NCBI GenBank assembly: GCA_965204375.1
Contig: OZ241986.1
Span: 3,168,001-3,232,000 of the forward strand
Length of the DNA: 64,000 nucleotides
Origin: Candidatus Latescibacterota bacterium
GTDB lineage: Bacteria; Latescibacterota; UBA2968
Direction of reading: 5' to 3'
A program made the translations under genes and the position numbers. Under the pieces are notes generated by a model. It worked only from the letters and a program-made list of their open reading frames with translations, searched no databases and was not told the origin of the DNA. Shown in pieces: positions 1 through 9,927 of this stretch; positions within the stretch are counted from its first letter, which is position 1, and the number at the start of each line of letters is the position of its first letter.

Positions 1-339
1 GTATTGCTCACCTCGCATTACATGGCCGATGTCGAAGCCCTGTGCAAGCGCGTCATTGTCATACACCACGGCGAACTGCTCTTCGACGGCGATTTGAGCG
101 CGCTCATCGAACGCTTTTCACCTCATAAAACCATAGTCGTCGATCTCGAAACCGAACGCGCCGACCTCTCCTCCTACGGCGAAGTCGTCACCGCGGAGGG
201 CAACAGCGTAACCCTCCGCGTACCCAAAACAAAAACCGCCGATGTCACCGGAAAATTGCTCGCCAATCTACCCGTCATCGACCTCACAGTTGAAGATCCA
301 CCCATAGAAGAAGTCATCGAACAGGTATTTTCAAATTGA
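1..339 (+). CDS. ABC transporter ATP-binding protein, C-terminal part (truncated by window edge)
   Basis: H-loop 'LTSHYMADVEALCKRVIVIHHG'; precedes two ABC-2 permeases. Confidence 0.9.
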   Translation, partial: VLLTSHYMADVEALCKRVIVIHHGELLFDGDLSALIERFSPHKTIVVDLETERADLSSYGEVVTAEGNSVTLRVPKTKTADVTGKLLANLPVIDLTVEDPPIEEVIEQVFSN

Positions 340-1139
340 AACATTATACCGCCACCTACTGGGCCTTTTTCAAGACCTCATTGCTCGAACAATTTCAATA
401 TCGCGCCGCCATGGCGATATGGATGATCGGCCGCATTCTCGAACCCATCATCTACCTCACCGTATGGACTACAGTCGCCCACGCACGCGGGGGCAGTGTG
501 GGAGCCTATTCACCTGCTGACTTTGCCGCTTATTACATCGTACTCATGCTCGTCAACCAATTCACCTTTTCCTGGATCATGCACATATACGACTTTCGCA
601 TTCGCCAGGGCGAACTCTCCAACTTCTTGCTCAAACCCATCCACCCCATACACGCCGACATAGCCGAGAACATCGCGTACAAAGTCCTGACCGCCATCAT
701 CATTTTTCCCACGGCAATATTGCTCTTCTTTCTCTTTGAACCCAATCTCGCCTTTCACATACAGACATTTGCCGTCTTTTTACTGGCACTGGGCATAGCG
801 TTCCTCATGCGATTCTTCATTGAGTGGACCCTCGCCCTCGTCGCCTTTTGGACCACGCGCAACGAAGCCATCAATCAGATGTACTTCACACTCGGCCTAT
901 TTCTCTCTGGACGCATCGCACCCATCGACCTGCTGCCGGGTGCCATCCAGACCCTCGCAGACGCACTCCCCTTTCGCTGGGCGGTCGCATTTCCCGTCGA
1001 ACTCATGCTCGGTCGCCTTTCGCAAGAACAGATTTGGAATGGATTCACCATGCAAGCCGTTTGGCTACTCGCGGGCTTTCTCTTAATCCAACTCACCTGG
1101 CGGTCAGGTGTAAAAAAATACTCGGCAGTTGGATCATAG
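336..1139 (+). CDS. ABC-2 family (DUF990-like) exporter permease
   Basis: Multi-TM protein with 'QYRAA', 'IRQGELSNFLLKP', 'LSGRIAP..LLP'; TTG start overlaps upstream stop. Confidence 0.85.
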   Translation: MKHYTATYWAFFKTSLLEQFQYRAAMAIWMIGRILEPIIYLTVWTTVAHARGGSVGAYSPADFAAYYIVLMLVNQFTFSWIMHIYDFRIRQGELSNFLLKPIHPIHADIAENIAYKVLTAIIIFPTAILLFFLFEPNLAFHIQTFAVFLLALGIAFLMRFFIEWTLALVAFWTTRNEAINQMYFTLGLFLSGRIAPIDLLPGAIQTLADALPFRWAVAFPVELMLGRLSQEQIWNGFTMQAVWLLAGFLLIQLTWRSGVKKYSAVGS

Positions 1140-1150
1140 GTACTTCACCC

Positions 1151-1936
1151 ATGTACTACTTAAAACTGATATGGACCTTCTTCCGCATTGGCATCCTCAA
1201 CGAAATGGCCTATCGCGTGAACTTCTACGTCCAACTCCTGCAATCCCTCCTCAACCTGGGCACAGCCATCGCGGGCCTGGCAATCGTATTTTCACACACC
1301 GATACCCTCGGCGGATGGCAGGCCGTTGATATCCTCGCCCTGCTCGGCGTATTTATGTTCGTAGGCGGCGTGATAGGCATGGTCATAAATCCCAGCATGA
1401 GCCAGCTCATGGACGATGTGCTACGCGGTCTATTTGACTACACCCTCACCAAACCGTGCGATGCGCAATTCCTCGCCAGCATTTCGCAAATCCGCTTATG
1501 GCGGCTCACCGATATTCTACTCGGCGCGGGCGTACTCATTGCCGCGCTGATCTATCGGGGCCTCGATATTGGACCGCGTGAAGCCCTCGCCTTCGCCTTT
1601 GTTCTCTGTACCGGGGGCAGCATCATCTACAGCTTCTGGCTCATGCTCGCCACCCTCACCTTCTGGTTCTTGCGCATCGAAAACATCCTCCACATCTTCC
1701 AGAGCATGTACGAAGCCGGTCGCTGGCCCATTGGCATCTACCCACACTGGCTGCGCTATATCCTCACATTCCTCGTACCCGTGGCATTTGCCATCACAGT
1801 ACCCGCCGAAGCACTCTCAGGTCGCCTGACACCCGAAAGCATGATCACATCTGGCCTGCTGTGTGTCTTTCTGATCGCATTCTCGCGCTGGTTCTGGAAA
1901 CGCGGCCTTAAAAATTACTCCGGCGCATCGGCATAA
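1151..1936 (+). CDS. ABC-2 family (DUF990-like) exporter permease, second subunit
   Basis: Probable start ATG 1151 (MYYLKL); 'MAYRVNF', 'GLFDYTLTKP', 'RWPIGIYP' motifs. Confidence 0.85.
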   Translation: MYYLKLIWTFFRIGILNEMAYRVNFYVQLLQSLLNLGTAIAGLAIVFSHTDTLGGWQAVDILALLGVFMFVGGVIGMVINPSMSQLMDDVLRGLFDYTLTKPCDAQFLASISQIRLWRLTDILLGAGVLIAALIYRGLDIGPREALAFAFVLCTGGSIIYSFWLMLATLTFWFLRIENILHIFQSMYEAGRWPIGIYPHWLRYILTFLVPVAFAITVPAEALSGRLTPESMITSGLLCVFLIAFSRWFWKRGLKNYSGASA

Positions 1937-1947
1937 CAGTCATCCGT

Positions 1948-1976
1948 TTGACTTTCCAGATTCTATCCGCTATTTT
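1948..1976 (+). promoter_or_regulatory. sigma70-like promoter for the sugar isomerase operon
   Basis: TTGACT-17 bp-TATTTT, then AGGAG RBS before ATG 2021. Confidence 0.6.
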
Positions 1977-2020
1977 ATGCCTGCTTTCAACACCAGACAA
2001 TACACATAAGGAGTTTCACA

Positions 2021-3679
2021 ATGGCGTACCAACTTCCCGAACTCGCCGAACCCGAAGCACCTGAAAAGAACGAAGTCGTACTCATTGCCAACGGCGACCT
2101 GCGCTTATCTGCCAACCAGATGTGCTGGCCTGCACAAGAAGCAATGGAAAAAACCATCACAGCGGCAATCCAACGCGAAGGATGGAAAGTCCGCCGCGGA
2201 CACCCCTACAAACAAGACGAGGAACACGGCTTTATCGGGTCACAAAAAGAGGGCATGGCCGTCTTCAAAAATATCCATCCCGACGCCCCCCTCATCGTAG
2301 CCGAAGCCGTCTGGCAATACAGCCACCACGTACTTCACGGCCTGATCTCACACCGCGGCCCCATCCTCACCCTTGCCAACTGGTCTGGGCAGTGGCCCGG
2401 TCTCGTCGGCATGCTCAACCTCAACGGCTCCCTCACCAAAGCCGGAGTTGAATACAGCACCCTGTGGAGCCTGGACTTTACCGACGACTTCTTCAAACGC
2501 GGCCTGAGCGAATGGCTCACCAGCGGCAGCGTCACCCACGACACCTCCCATGTACGCGACGCCAACACCTTCCGCCTGCCCGAAGCCGAAGCCCAACTCG
2601 GACAGGCACTTGCCGAACAACTCCAGCGCGAAAAAGCCATTATGGGCGTCTTTGACGAAGGCTGCATGGGCATGTTCAACGCCATCATCCCCGACCACTT
2701 GCTCAATCCCACAGGCGTCTTCAAAGAACGCCTCTCACAATCTGCGCTCTGGGCAGAAATGCAAACCGTCACAGATTCAGAAGCAAATGCTGTTCGCACC
2801 TGGCTCGAGGGCAAGGGCCTCACCTTTGTCACCGGCACAAACGCCACCGACGAACTCACCGACGACCAGATCGCAATGCAATGCAAAATGTACATCGCCG
2901 CCGTACGCATTGCCGATGACTTTGGTTGCGCCACCATTGGCATTCAATACCAACAGGGCCTCAAAGACCTGTGCCCGGCATCTGATCTGGTCGAAGGCAT
3001 CCTCAACAACGCAGATCGCCCCCCGGTCAAAGCGCGCGCCAATGGTCAGATCCTCTACGAAGGCGAGGCACTCCCGCATTTCAACGAAGTCGATGAATGT
3101 GCGGGCCTCGACGGTCTGATTTCCAACCGCATCTGGAAAGCACTGGAGCAGCCACCCGAAAACACCTTACACGACCTGCGCTGGGGCGAACACTACCAGG
3201 GGAATGGCATCGACGACTACGTATGGGTCTTCCTCATCTCTGGCGGCGCACCGCCCGCACACTATATCGGCGGGTACAAAGGCACCTCTTCTGAACGCCA
3301 GCCCAACATGTATTTCCCCCTCGGCGGCGGCACCTGCAAAGGCGTGAGCAAACCCGGCGAAATCGTCTGGAGCCGCATCTTCGTTCAAAATGACGAACTG
3401 CACATGGACATTGGTCGCGGTGGCGTCGTCGAACTCCCACAACCAGAAACCGACCACCGCTGGCGTGCCACCACCCCGCAGTGGCCCATTATGCACGCCG
3501 TCACCTACGGCATCTCCCGCGACCAGATGATGGCACGCCACAAAGCCAACCACATCCAGGTCGCATACGCCGAATCTACACAGGCAGCCGACAACGCGCT
3601 GGCCGTAAAAATCGCCATGATGCAAGCATTGGGCGTCAACGTTCATCTGTGTGGCACAAATAACGGATTGGTGGATTAA
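2021..3679 (+). CDS. L-fucose/L-arabinose isomerase-like family protein
   Basis: 552 aa; '[14 protein letters not shown]', 'GIQYQQG', metal-binding 'HFNEVDEC', 'HKANHIQV'. Confidence 0.75.
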   Translation: MAYQLPELAEPEAPEKNEVVLIANGDLRLSANQMCWPAQEAMEKTITAAIQREGWKVRRGHPYKQDEEHGFIGSQKEGMAVFKNIHPDAPLIVAEAVWQYSHHVLHGLISHRGPILTLANWSGQWPGLVGMLNLNGSLTKAGVEYSTLWSLDFTDDFFKRGLSEWLTSGSVTHDTSHVRDANTFRLPEAEAQLGQALAEQLQREKAIMGVFDEGCMGMFNAIIPDHLLNPTGVFKERLSQSALWAEMQTVTDSEANAVRTWLEGKGLTFVTGTNATDELTDDQIAMQCKMYIAAVRIADDFGCATIGIQYQQGLKDLCPASDLVEGILNNADRPPVKARANGQILYEGEALPHFNEVDECAGLDGLISNRIWKALEQPPENTLHDLRWGEHYQGNGIDDYVWVFLISGGAPPAHYIGGYKGTSSERQPNMYFPLGGGTCKGVSKPGEIVWSRIFVQNDELHMDIGRGGVVELPQPETDHRWRATTPQWPIMHAVTYGISRDQMMARHKANHIQVAYAESTQAADNALAVKIAMMQALGVNVHLCGTNNGLVD

Positions 3680-3680
3680 C

Positions 3681-4691
3681 ATGGACCGTGTTCGCATTGG
3701 CGTTATCGGCGTGGGCAATATCGCTCGCAACTACCATTTACCCCCTGTACACGCACTCCCAAATGCCGAACTCGTCGCCGTTGCAGACCTCGACGAATCG
3801 CTCAGATTAAGCGCGCAGAAACAGTTCGGCTTTCGCGATGCGTACACCGATTACCGCCGCATTTTAGACCGCGACGACATTCACGCCATCATGCTCCTCA
3901 CCCGCGTGAATACACGCACCGAAATCATTCCCGCAGCCCTCGAAGCGGGCAAACACGTCTTCACCCAAAAGCCCTTTGCACTGACAAATGAAGACGCTGA
4001 ATTTCTCGCCCAGGCAGCCAGGCGCACGGGCAAGCGCCTTGTCTGCAGCTTCATGCATCGCTACTTTCCACATACCCAGGGGGCGAGTCAAATCCTGAAA
4101 GAAGGCAAAATCGGCCGCCTTGAAATGGTACGCCATCGCAACTGCATTGGCAGCCACTACGACAACGCCGTTCGCTTATGGGGTGGCGTCCTCGACATTG
4201 GTACACACGGCATAGACGTCATCCGGTATCTCACCGAACAAGACGTCGTCAAAGTGCAAGCCATGATGGACCCGTATCTCACCAATGCAAACCTGCCGAT
4301 AGACCCAACCATCAACCGCCCCAATGAAACCGCGGCCATCATGAATTTTGAAATGACTGGCGGCACCCTTGTCACCTTTGAAATGCACTGGACCCAACGC
4401 GGTGGCGCAGGAGGCTATTACGCCGAACACTACGGCGATGGTGGCTCGATGTTCATCAAACATCCCATTGCGCCAGCAACCCTCGTTTACACCCAGGGCC
4501 ACAAAGGAGACTGGATCCAACCCGACCTCGAACAACACCCCAAAGGCCACCTGCACCACAAAATCTTCATAGACGACATCCTCAACAACACCTGTGAAAG
4601 TGCCACCCCTGAAGACGCCGTAGCCACAGTAAAAATTATCAACGCCGCTTATGAGTCAGCACAAACCGAAAAAACCATTACAGTAGCCTGA
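3681..4691 (+). CDS. Gfo/Idh/MocA family oxidoreductase
   Basis: 'IGVIGVGNIA', 'AGKHVFTQKPF', 'GGVLDIGTHGID'. Confidence 0.9.
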   Translation: MDRVRIGVIGVGNIARNYHLPPVHALPNAELVAVADLDESLRLSAQKQFGFRDAYTDYRRILDRDDIHAIMLLTRVNTRTEIIPAALEAGKHVFTQKPFALTNEDAEFLAQAARRTGKRLVCSFMHRYFPHTQGASQILKEGKIGRLEMVRHRNCIGSHYDNAVRLWGGVLDIGTHGIDVIRYLTEQDVVKVQAMMDPYLTNANLPIDPTINRPNETAAIMNFEMTGGTLVTFEMHWTQRGGAGGYYAEHYGDGGSMFIKHPIAPATLVYTQGHKGDWIQPDLEQHPKGHLHHKIFIDDILNNTCESATPEDAVATVKIINAAYESAQTEKTITVA

Positions 4692-4709
4692 TGAAAAGGA
4701 CATAACACT

Positions 4710-5654
4710 ATGAAAATCGCGCTCGTCATTCGCCCGTTCACCAATGAAAATCTCCAGACCGCGCTTCAAATGGGCGTGGAAGACGTCGTAACCGTCTTAC
4801 CCAATGCTGGCCCCGTCTGGGATTATCTCGCCATCTTGCGCCACAAAAAACGCATTGAAGACCAGGGCTTACGCTGGTCTGTGGTCGAATCTGTGCCCAT
4901 CTCAGACAATATCAAACTGGGCCTTGAAGGTCGAGACCAGGAAATCGACCAATACTGTCAGACCATTCGCAACCTCGGCGCAGCGGGCATTCCCGTGATG
5001 TGTTACAACTGGATGGCGGTCTTCAACTGGATGCGCACCTCAATGACCACCCGCACGCGCGGCAATGCCCTGACCAGTACCTACGATCACAGCGACCTGG
5101 AAGACGCGCCCCCCATCACCGACTATGGCGACATTACCGAAGAACGCCTCTGGGAAAACCTCGAATACTTCCTCAAAAGAGTCATACCCGTTGCCGAAGA
5201 AGCCGGCGTCAAACAGGGCCTGCACCCCGACGACCCCCCGCTCTCGCCCATTCGCGGCGTTGCCCGCATCATCACCAGCCCCGAAGCCTATGATCGCGTC
5301 ATCTCCTTCATCCCCAGCGAATACAATGGCCTCACCTATTGTCAGGGCAACTTCAAAGCCATGGGTGCCGATATTCCAGCCACCATCCACCGCTTCAAAG
5401 ACCACATCCACTTCGCCCACTTCCGCGACCTTCACGGTCAGGTCCCCACCTTCTCCGAATCCTTTCACGACGACGGCGACACCGACATGGCAGAAGCCAT
5501 TCGCGCGTACAAAGCAATCGGCTTTAAGGGCGTCGTCCGCCCCGACCACACACCCACCTTTGCGATTGACGAGGAGGATACAGGAGGCTATAACTTTCTC
5601 GGACGGCTCTATGCGGTCGGGTATATGCGTGGTCTCATACACGGAACAGACTAA
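4710..5654 (+). CDS. uxuA: mannonate dehydratase
   Basis: 'MCYNWM', 'LWENLEYFL..VIPVAEEAGV', 'HPDDPP', 'RPDHTP', 'GRLYAVGYMRGL'. Confidence 0.92.
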   Translation: MKIALVIRPFTNENLQTALQMGVEDVVTVLPNAGPVWDYLAILRHKKRIEDQGLRWSVVESVPISDNIKLGLEGRDQEIDQYCQTIRNLGAAGIPVMCYNWMAVFNWMRTSMTTRTRGNALTSTYDHSDLEDAPPITDYGDITEERLWENLEYFLKRVIPVAEEAGVKQGLHPDDPPLSPIRGVARIITSPEAYDRVISFIPSEYNGLTYCQGNFKAMGADIPATIHRFKDHIHFAHFRDLHGQVPTFSESFHDDGDTDMAEAIRAYKAIGFKGVVRPDHTPTFAIDEEDTGGYNFLGRLYAVGYMRGLIHGTD

Positions 5655-5657
5655 TGC

Positions 5658-5691
5658 AAAAAAAGGCTGCGATCTTACGACCGCAGCCTTT
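5658..5691. terminator. hairpin terminator between convergent uxuA and the porV-like gene
   Basis: AAAGGCTGCG...CGCAGCCTTT 10-bp stem with an A-tract on the left (U-tract on minus strand). Confidence 0.75.
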
Positions 5692-5716
5692 AGTGTATCC
5701 GGTGAGAGAACTTCTC

Positions 5717-6772
5717 TCAGAACCCAAGCCCCACAGTCAACCAGTGATTATCCTGAAAGAACTCGGTCTTGCCAAAGGCATAATCCACTTGAAAAGCCAT
5801 ATTGCCCATGGGCACATTGAGACCAAAGCCAAACGTCGGGCCGAGAATATATTCCTTCTTAAACCCGTTGGGCAGGGCATCACCCGTTGGAGACGTCACA
5901 TACCCTCCGCGCAACTGAAGAATTTGCTTCATCGAATACTCAACGCCAGCCTGATATTCGTCAGTCGCCAGATTGTTATTGCGGAAGGTCGCAGAAAAAG
6001 TAGCTTTGCCCAGCGCGTCTTCATAGAAAGCATAGGAAAAACCGATTTCTATGGACGTGGGCAACTCAGCCGCTGCCAGTGACGTGCGGAAACTGCGCGA
6101 CCCGGCCTGGGGATCGGCCTCTGGAACCGCGTCTTGCAATCTCACCACCCGGTCCAGGTCCGGACCATCAAACCTCAGATCGGGACCAAAATTTTGCATG
6201 GCAATACCCAGCGTCAGACCTTTGAGTGCGGTTTTGTACTGGAAACCAAAGTCAAACGCCAGGCCATTGGCGACCTCGCGCTTAATCGCCTCGTGGATAT
6301 ATTTGATCGTGGTGCCAAACGACACGCGGTCTGTCAACAACTGCGAATACGTAAATGTCACGCACGAAAACCTCGGCGAGAGTATCTCACCCGTGCCTTC
6401 GGGCGACTCCTCAGTCGTCACAACAATATCGCCCACCGCAAACACGCGGGCACTAATCCCCACCGAAATATCATCCCGCAGACGCGTGGTAATCGCAAAA
6501 TAGTTCACATTCATATCCGCGATATAATCCAGATATGAAAATATGGCTTCGCGCTTATGCGTTCCAAATACCAATCCCGAAGGATTCCACTGCAATGCCT
6601 CGGCACCCTTTACATGGGCCAGGATGGCGCCCCCAAGAGCTGTACCGCGCGATCCAATTGGAATGCGCAACTCTTGTGCCGCGGCTGTGCCGATGCGGCT
6701 CTTATCGCCTGCACGGGCATCCTGAGCGATCAATGCCAGCGCGGCAAACAGAAAAATCATCTGCCTGAACAT
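5717..6772 (-). CDS. PorV/PorQ-family (UPF0164-like) outer-membrane beta-barrel
   Basis: Signal peptide; 'GTAAAQELRIPIGSRGTALG', 'WNPSGL'; C-terminal Phe. Confidence 0.8.
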   Translation of the reverse strand: MFRQMIFLFAALALIAQDARAGDKSRIGTAAAQELRIPIGSRGTALGGAILAHVKGAEALQWNPSGLVFGTHKREAIFSYLDYIADMNVNYFAITTRLRDDISVGISARVFAVGDIVVTTEESPEGTGEILSPRFSCVTFTYSQLLTDRVSFGTTIKYIHEAIKREVANGLAFDFGFQYKTALKGLTLGIAMQNFGPDLRFDGPDLDRVVRLQDAVPEADPQAGSRSFRTSLAAAELPTSIEIGFSYAFYEDALGKATFSATFRNNNLATDEYQAGVEYSMKQILQLRGGYVTSPTGDALPNGFKKEYILGPTFGFGLNVPMGNMAFQVDYAFGKTEFFQDNHWLTVGLGF

Positions 6773-6798
6773 AAGTTATTCCTCCATTCAGCGGTTCG

Positions 6799-9700
6799 TT
6801 AAAATGTATTCAGCGTCTCGGCTTCCATAAACACCGCGCACTTGATAAAATGCGTACCGATATTTGGCGCGTCAAAATGCGCGATATAAATGCCGCTGGC
6901 AACCAGCACGCCCTGATCTGTTTTCAGATCCCAGGTATCAAACGACAGACCGTTATTGTGGTTAATCGTTCGCACCAGATCGCCCGACAGACTGAAAATC
7001 CGGATCGTGCATTGCGCGGGAAGATTGGTAAAACGCATCTGGCGTGCGAGCGAACTAAATTCATAAGACGAACGCCCCAGATACGGATTGGGCACCGCCA
7101 GAACTTTGGTCAAATCCTCCACCGCCAACTCTTGATCGTTGTGGACAGCACCCTGCGTATTAAATGCAAACACATCGTTGGGACCATTGACGTGATTCGC
7201 CAGAATCAAAAACGAATCGCCATCCTGCGGAAACCGATCCACCACACGGCGCGCGGCCCAAATGATATACATAATGGGTGGTGCCGGATTGTCGTTGATC
7301 ATGCCCTGAGACAACTCCGCCACATTGGAATCATCACCTGGCTCGGTATAATCCCGATCAAAAATGAACAGCCACTCGCGCGGTCCGCCGCCAGCCAGAT
7401 TGCTGACATCGCCGTAAAATGCCGGACCATACGCACCGTTGACCAGACCGCCGGGCTGATTGTTTTCCAGCCAGCCAACTTCGAGGCGGCGGTTATTTTC
7501 CATATCCCATGCCGAAAGCGCAATTGGATTGCGTTCCTGATACACATATACGCCGGGACCCGATGTATTGATGATATAATGGCTCCAGTCATAAGGTGCC
7601 TGTGTCGTCGTCTGATCTGCAGGTGCAGGAGGAGGAGCACCTGCGCCGCGCAAATACCGATATCCATAAGACACATTGGGATTGGTCAGGTCAATGGGTT
7701 TGTACTGATCCTCGCCCTCATCTTCAATCACACTGGTAAATCGCAATTCCACATTGACCAACCGCGCAGGCGACACGCTCGTCGGACCAAACCACATATG
7801 AGCAACATCACCCGTCATCGCACCGTTAAAACCTTCAGCACCCCAGTTGGTATTTGCCCAGGTGTACCACCGCGCGCCCGATGGAATATCCCAATCTTTG
7901 ATGCCCAGAGGAGGACCAGTCACCCGCACGAGCAACCCCTCGACAATCGGATTGGAAATCGCCGCATCCAGTGAGGCGTGCTGCTGCATATCTGAAAGCA
8001 CGGTCTGACCGCTCGCCAGATTGATCAGATCCCAAACCGTTCCCGCATCGGTATCGCGGAAGCGTACTTCGTAAGGCGCGCCCGTGACCTGTGTATCGTC
8101 AACCACCTGCACGGCCACGACACCATCGCTCGAACCCGATGTATGCTCAACAGTACTATCCACCCCCACGGTATTGAATCGCGTACCCGCTGTGGGTCCG
8201 CGCGGCACAATGCCATTGGCTGGAATCAACTCATCCGAAAGGGGCTTAAACGTCATGCGCCCATCAGCCAGAGCCGAGATGGATGTCTCGAGCGTTTTGG
8301 GCGACCTGCTCGTATTCAACGAATAGGCCGTCACTGCAAAATAATAGGTTTTACCCGTCACCAGCCTACCGCCCAAAACCTTATCTTCGGTCAGTTCGAT
8401 ATAGCGCCGAATACCCGAGTCACCGCCAAATTGCACGGGCGAGTTGACCACCACACCGGCACCTTCATCGAACTGATTGTCAAAAATAATAGCCGAGCCA
8501 TTAATCATGTCATAAGTCGCAAGACGCCGCCAGGGACCGGCGATCGACTCGCCCTGATACACGTTATAGCCTTCAAATTCATAATCGCCCGAAGCGACTT
8601 CTGAGTCATCGCCCCAGGTCAACTGAACTTTGCCATTGCCCGTGTGATCACCCGTCACAGCCACCGATACTTTGGGTGCGGGCGGAGGCGATGGCAATGC
8701 AAAATTGGCATCAAAAGCCGATTGTGCAAATGTATCGTTAAAACGCACGGCCGTAATCGACGTGAGACGATCTTGGCCTTGCCCGATAATGATAGCGCCC
8801 ACTACTTCTTGTGTATCGCCGGGCGCAAAGGTAAACGGACCCGCCGTGAGCATAAAGCGCCGATCAGCCGGGTTTTCGTCAAGCCAGCCCGTACCCGCAA
8901 CCGGATCTCCATCGACCATAAAAGCCTTCACCTGACCCGTAATTGGATCGGTGTGGTCGGCCACGCCGCCATCCGGGTCAAGACCCTTCATATAATTATA
9001 GGTCTCTTCTGCGGTCTGAGGATCCGTGCCGTTGATGTATTTGTTAAACGACGTCATGGGCAATTCCACACCGTCATCGCCAATCGGCCCCTTGAAAAAG
9101 TCATACCCCACGGCCGGAGGTGAAGAACCATACTGCGCATCTACGTTTGACCCGTTATAACAAAACCCAAAGCTGGTCTCCACATCGCAGCCCACCAGGT
9201 CGTTATCGAATTGCCCCAGATCGGGATCAGACCACAGCGACACATACGTGCTATCGATGGTATTACCACCCTTGTTGATAATCAAAAATTTGACGAATAT
9301 CACATTGCCAAGAGGACCTGTGCGGTCAAATGCAAATGTCGTCTGCTGTATTTCAACGCCCAAAGGCGCGGTCTGCATATTGGTGTGGGAACCCGGGTCG
9401 GCATCGTTATAAACCGCCCACAAGGTCTGGTCACCCAGCACCATTGGCGTACCATCGGAATTGACCGGCGCGCCGTCTTCAACCGGCCACTGCGCGTAAT
9501 CCGGATTTTCCGGGCCGTCGCCTTTGTTGATCTTATACACCCGGTAGCGGTCGAGTTGCGGATCGGCGGGTGTGCCGTCGGGCAAAATAGGCCCGGGTGC
9601 AAACTCAAATGAATACTCGGCAATCGCCACGCGAATCTCTCCATTGACCTTGCCCGCAATCCACGGACCGGAAGCAAATACCGCGGTTTTGCCCGTGCCC

Positions 9701-9912
9701 TTGGGAAATTCAAGGCCCGAAGATCCGGTCGCCAGGTCCCAGGCGAATGATCCCTGGTTGGTCACAAACATTTTGATATTGTTCACATCAATCACTTGAT
9801 CATTGCTAATTTTACCCAGCCGCGGCTTTTGCGAGGGCGATACAGCCAGCGCAATGCCAGCCATGCTCACGCTCATCAAAGCCAGCGTCAGAATATTCAA
9901 AAAGCTTTTCAT
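6799..9912 (-). CDS. large secreted protein with C-terminal T9SS type A/FlgD-Ig-like sorting domain
   Basis: Signal peptide from ATG 9912; FN3-like 'FEGYNVY...YYFAVTAY'; C-terminal 'VPNPY..RFTNLP..CTIRIFSLSGDLVRT..WDL...VASGIY'. Confidence 0.75.
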   Translation of the reverse strand: MKSFLNILTLALMSVSMAGIALAVSPSQKPRLGKISNDQVIDVNNIKMFVTNQGSFAWDLATGSSGLEFPKGTGKTAVFASGPWIAGKVNGEIRVAIAEYSFEFAPGPILPDGTPADPQLDRYRVYKINKGDGPENPDYAQWPVEDGAPVNSDGTPMVLGDQTLWAVYNDADPGSHTNMQTAPLGVEIQQTTFAFDRTGPLGNVIFVKFLIINKGGNTIDSTYVSLWSDPDLGQFDNDLVGCDVETSFGFCYNGSNVDAQYGSSPPAVGYDFFKGPIGDDGVELPMTSFNKYINGTDPQTAEETYNYMKGLDPDGGVADHTDPITGQVKAFMVDGDPVAGTGWLDENPADRRFMLTAGPFTFAPGDTQEVVGAIIIGQGQDRLTSITAVRFNDTFAQSAFDANFALPSPPPAPKVSVAVTGDHTGNGKVQLTWGDDSEVASGDYEFEGYNVYQGESIAGPWRRLATYDMINGSAIIFDNQFDEGAGVVVNSPVQFGGDSGIRRYIELTEDKVLGGRLVTGKTYYFAVTAYSLNTSRSPKTLETSISALADGRMTFKPLSDELIPANGIVPRGPTAGTRFNTVGVDSTVEHTSGSSDGVVAVQVVDDTQVTGAPYEVRFRDTDAGTVWDLINLASGQTVLSDMQQHASLDAAISNPIVEGLLVRVTGPPLGIKDWDIPSGARWYTWANTNWGAEGFNGAMTGDVAHMWFGPTSVSPARLVNVELRFTSVIEDEGEDQYKPIDLTNPNVSYGYRYLRGAGAPPPAPADQTTTQAPYDWSHYIINTSGPGVYVYQERNPIALSAWDMENNRRLEVGWLENNQPGGLVNGAYGPAFYGDVSNLAGGGPREWLFIFDRDYTEPGDDSNVAELSQGMINDNPAPPIMYIIWAARRVVDRFPQDGDSFLILANHVNGPNDVFAFNTQGAVHNDQELAVEDLTKVLAVPNPYLGRSSYEFSSLARQMRFTNLPAQCTIRIFSLSGDLVRTINHNNGLSFDTWDLKTDQGVLVASGIYIAHFDAPNIGTHFIKCAVFMEAETLNTF

Positions 9913-9927
9913 GTCCTTATCTCCCAT

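Noticed and set aside
824-1150. Long N-terminal extension of the second permease in the ORF track
   Set aside because: It overlaps the previous gene with non-protein-like sequence; ATG 1151 fits family length.
6850-7974. 374-aa + strand ORF (similarly 14031-15164, 44279-45361, 55578-56531)
   Set aside because: Antisense shadows of well-supported minus-strand genes, with no recognisable motifs.
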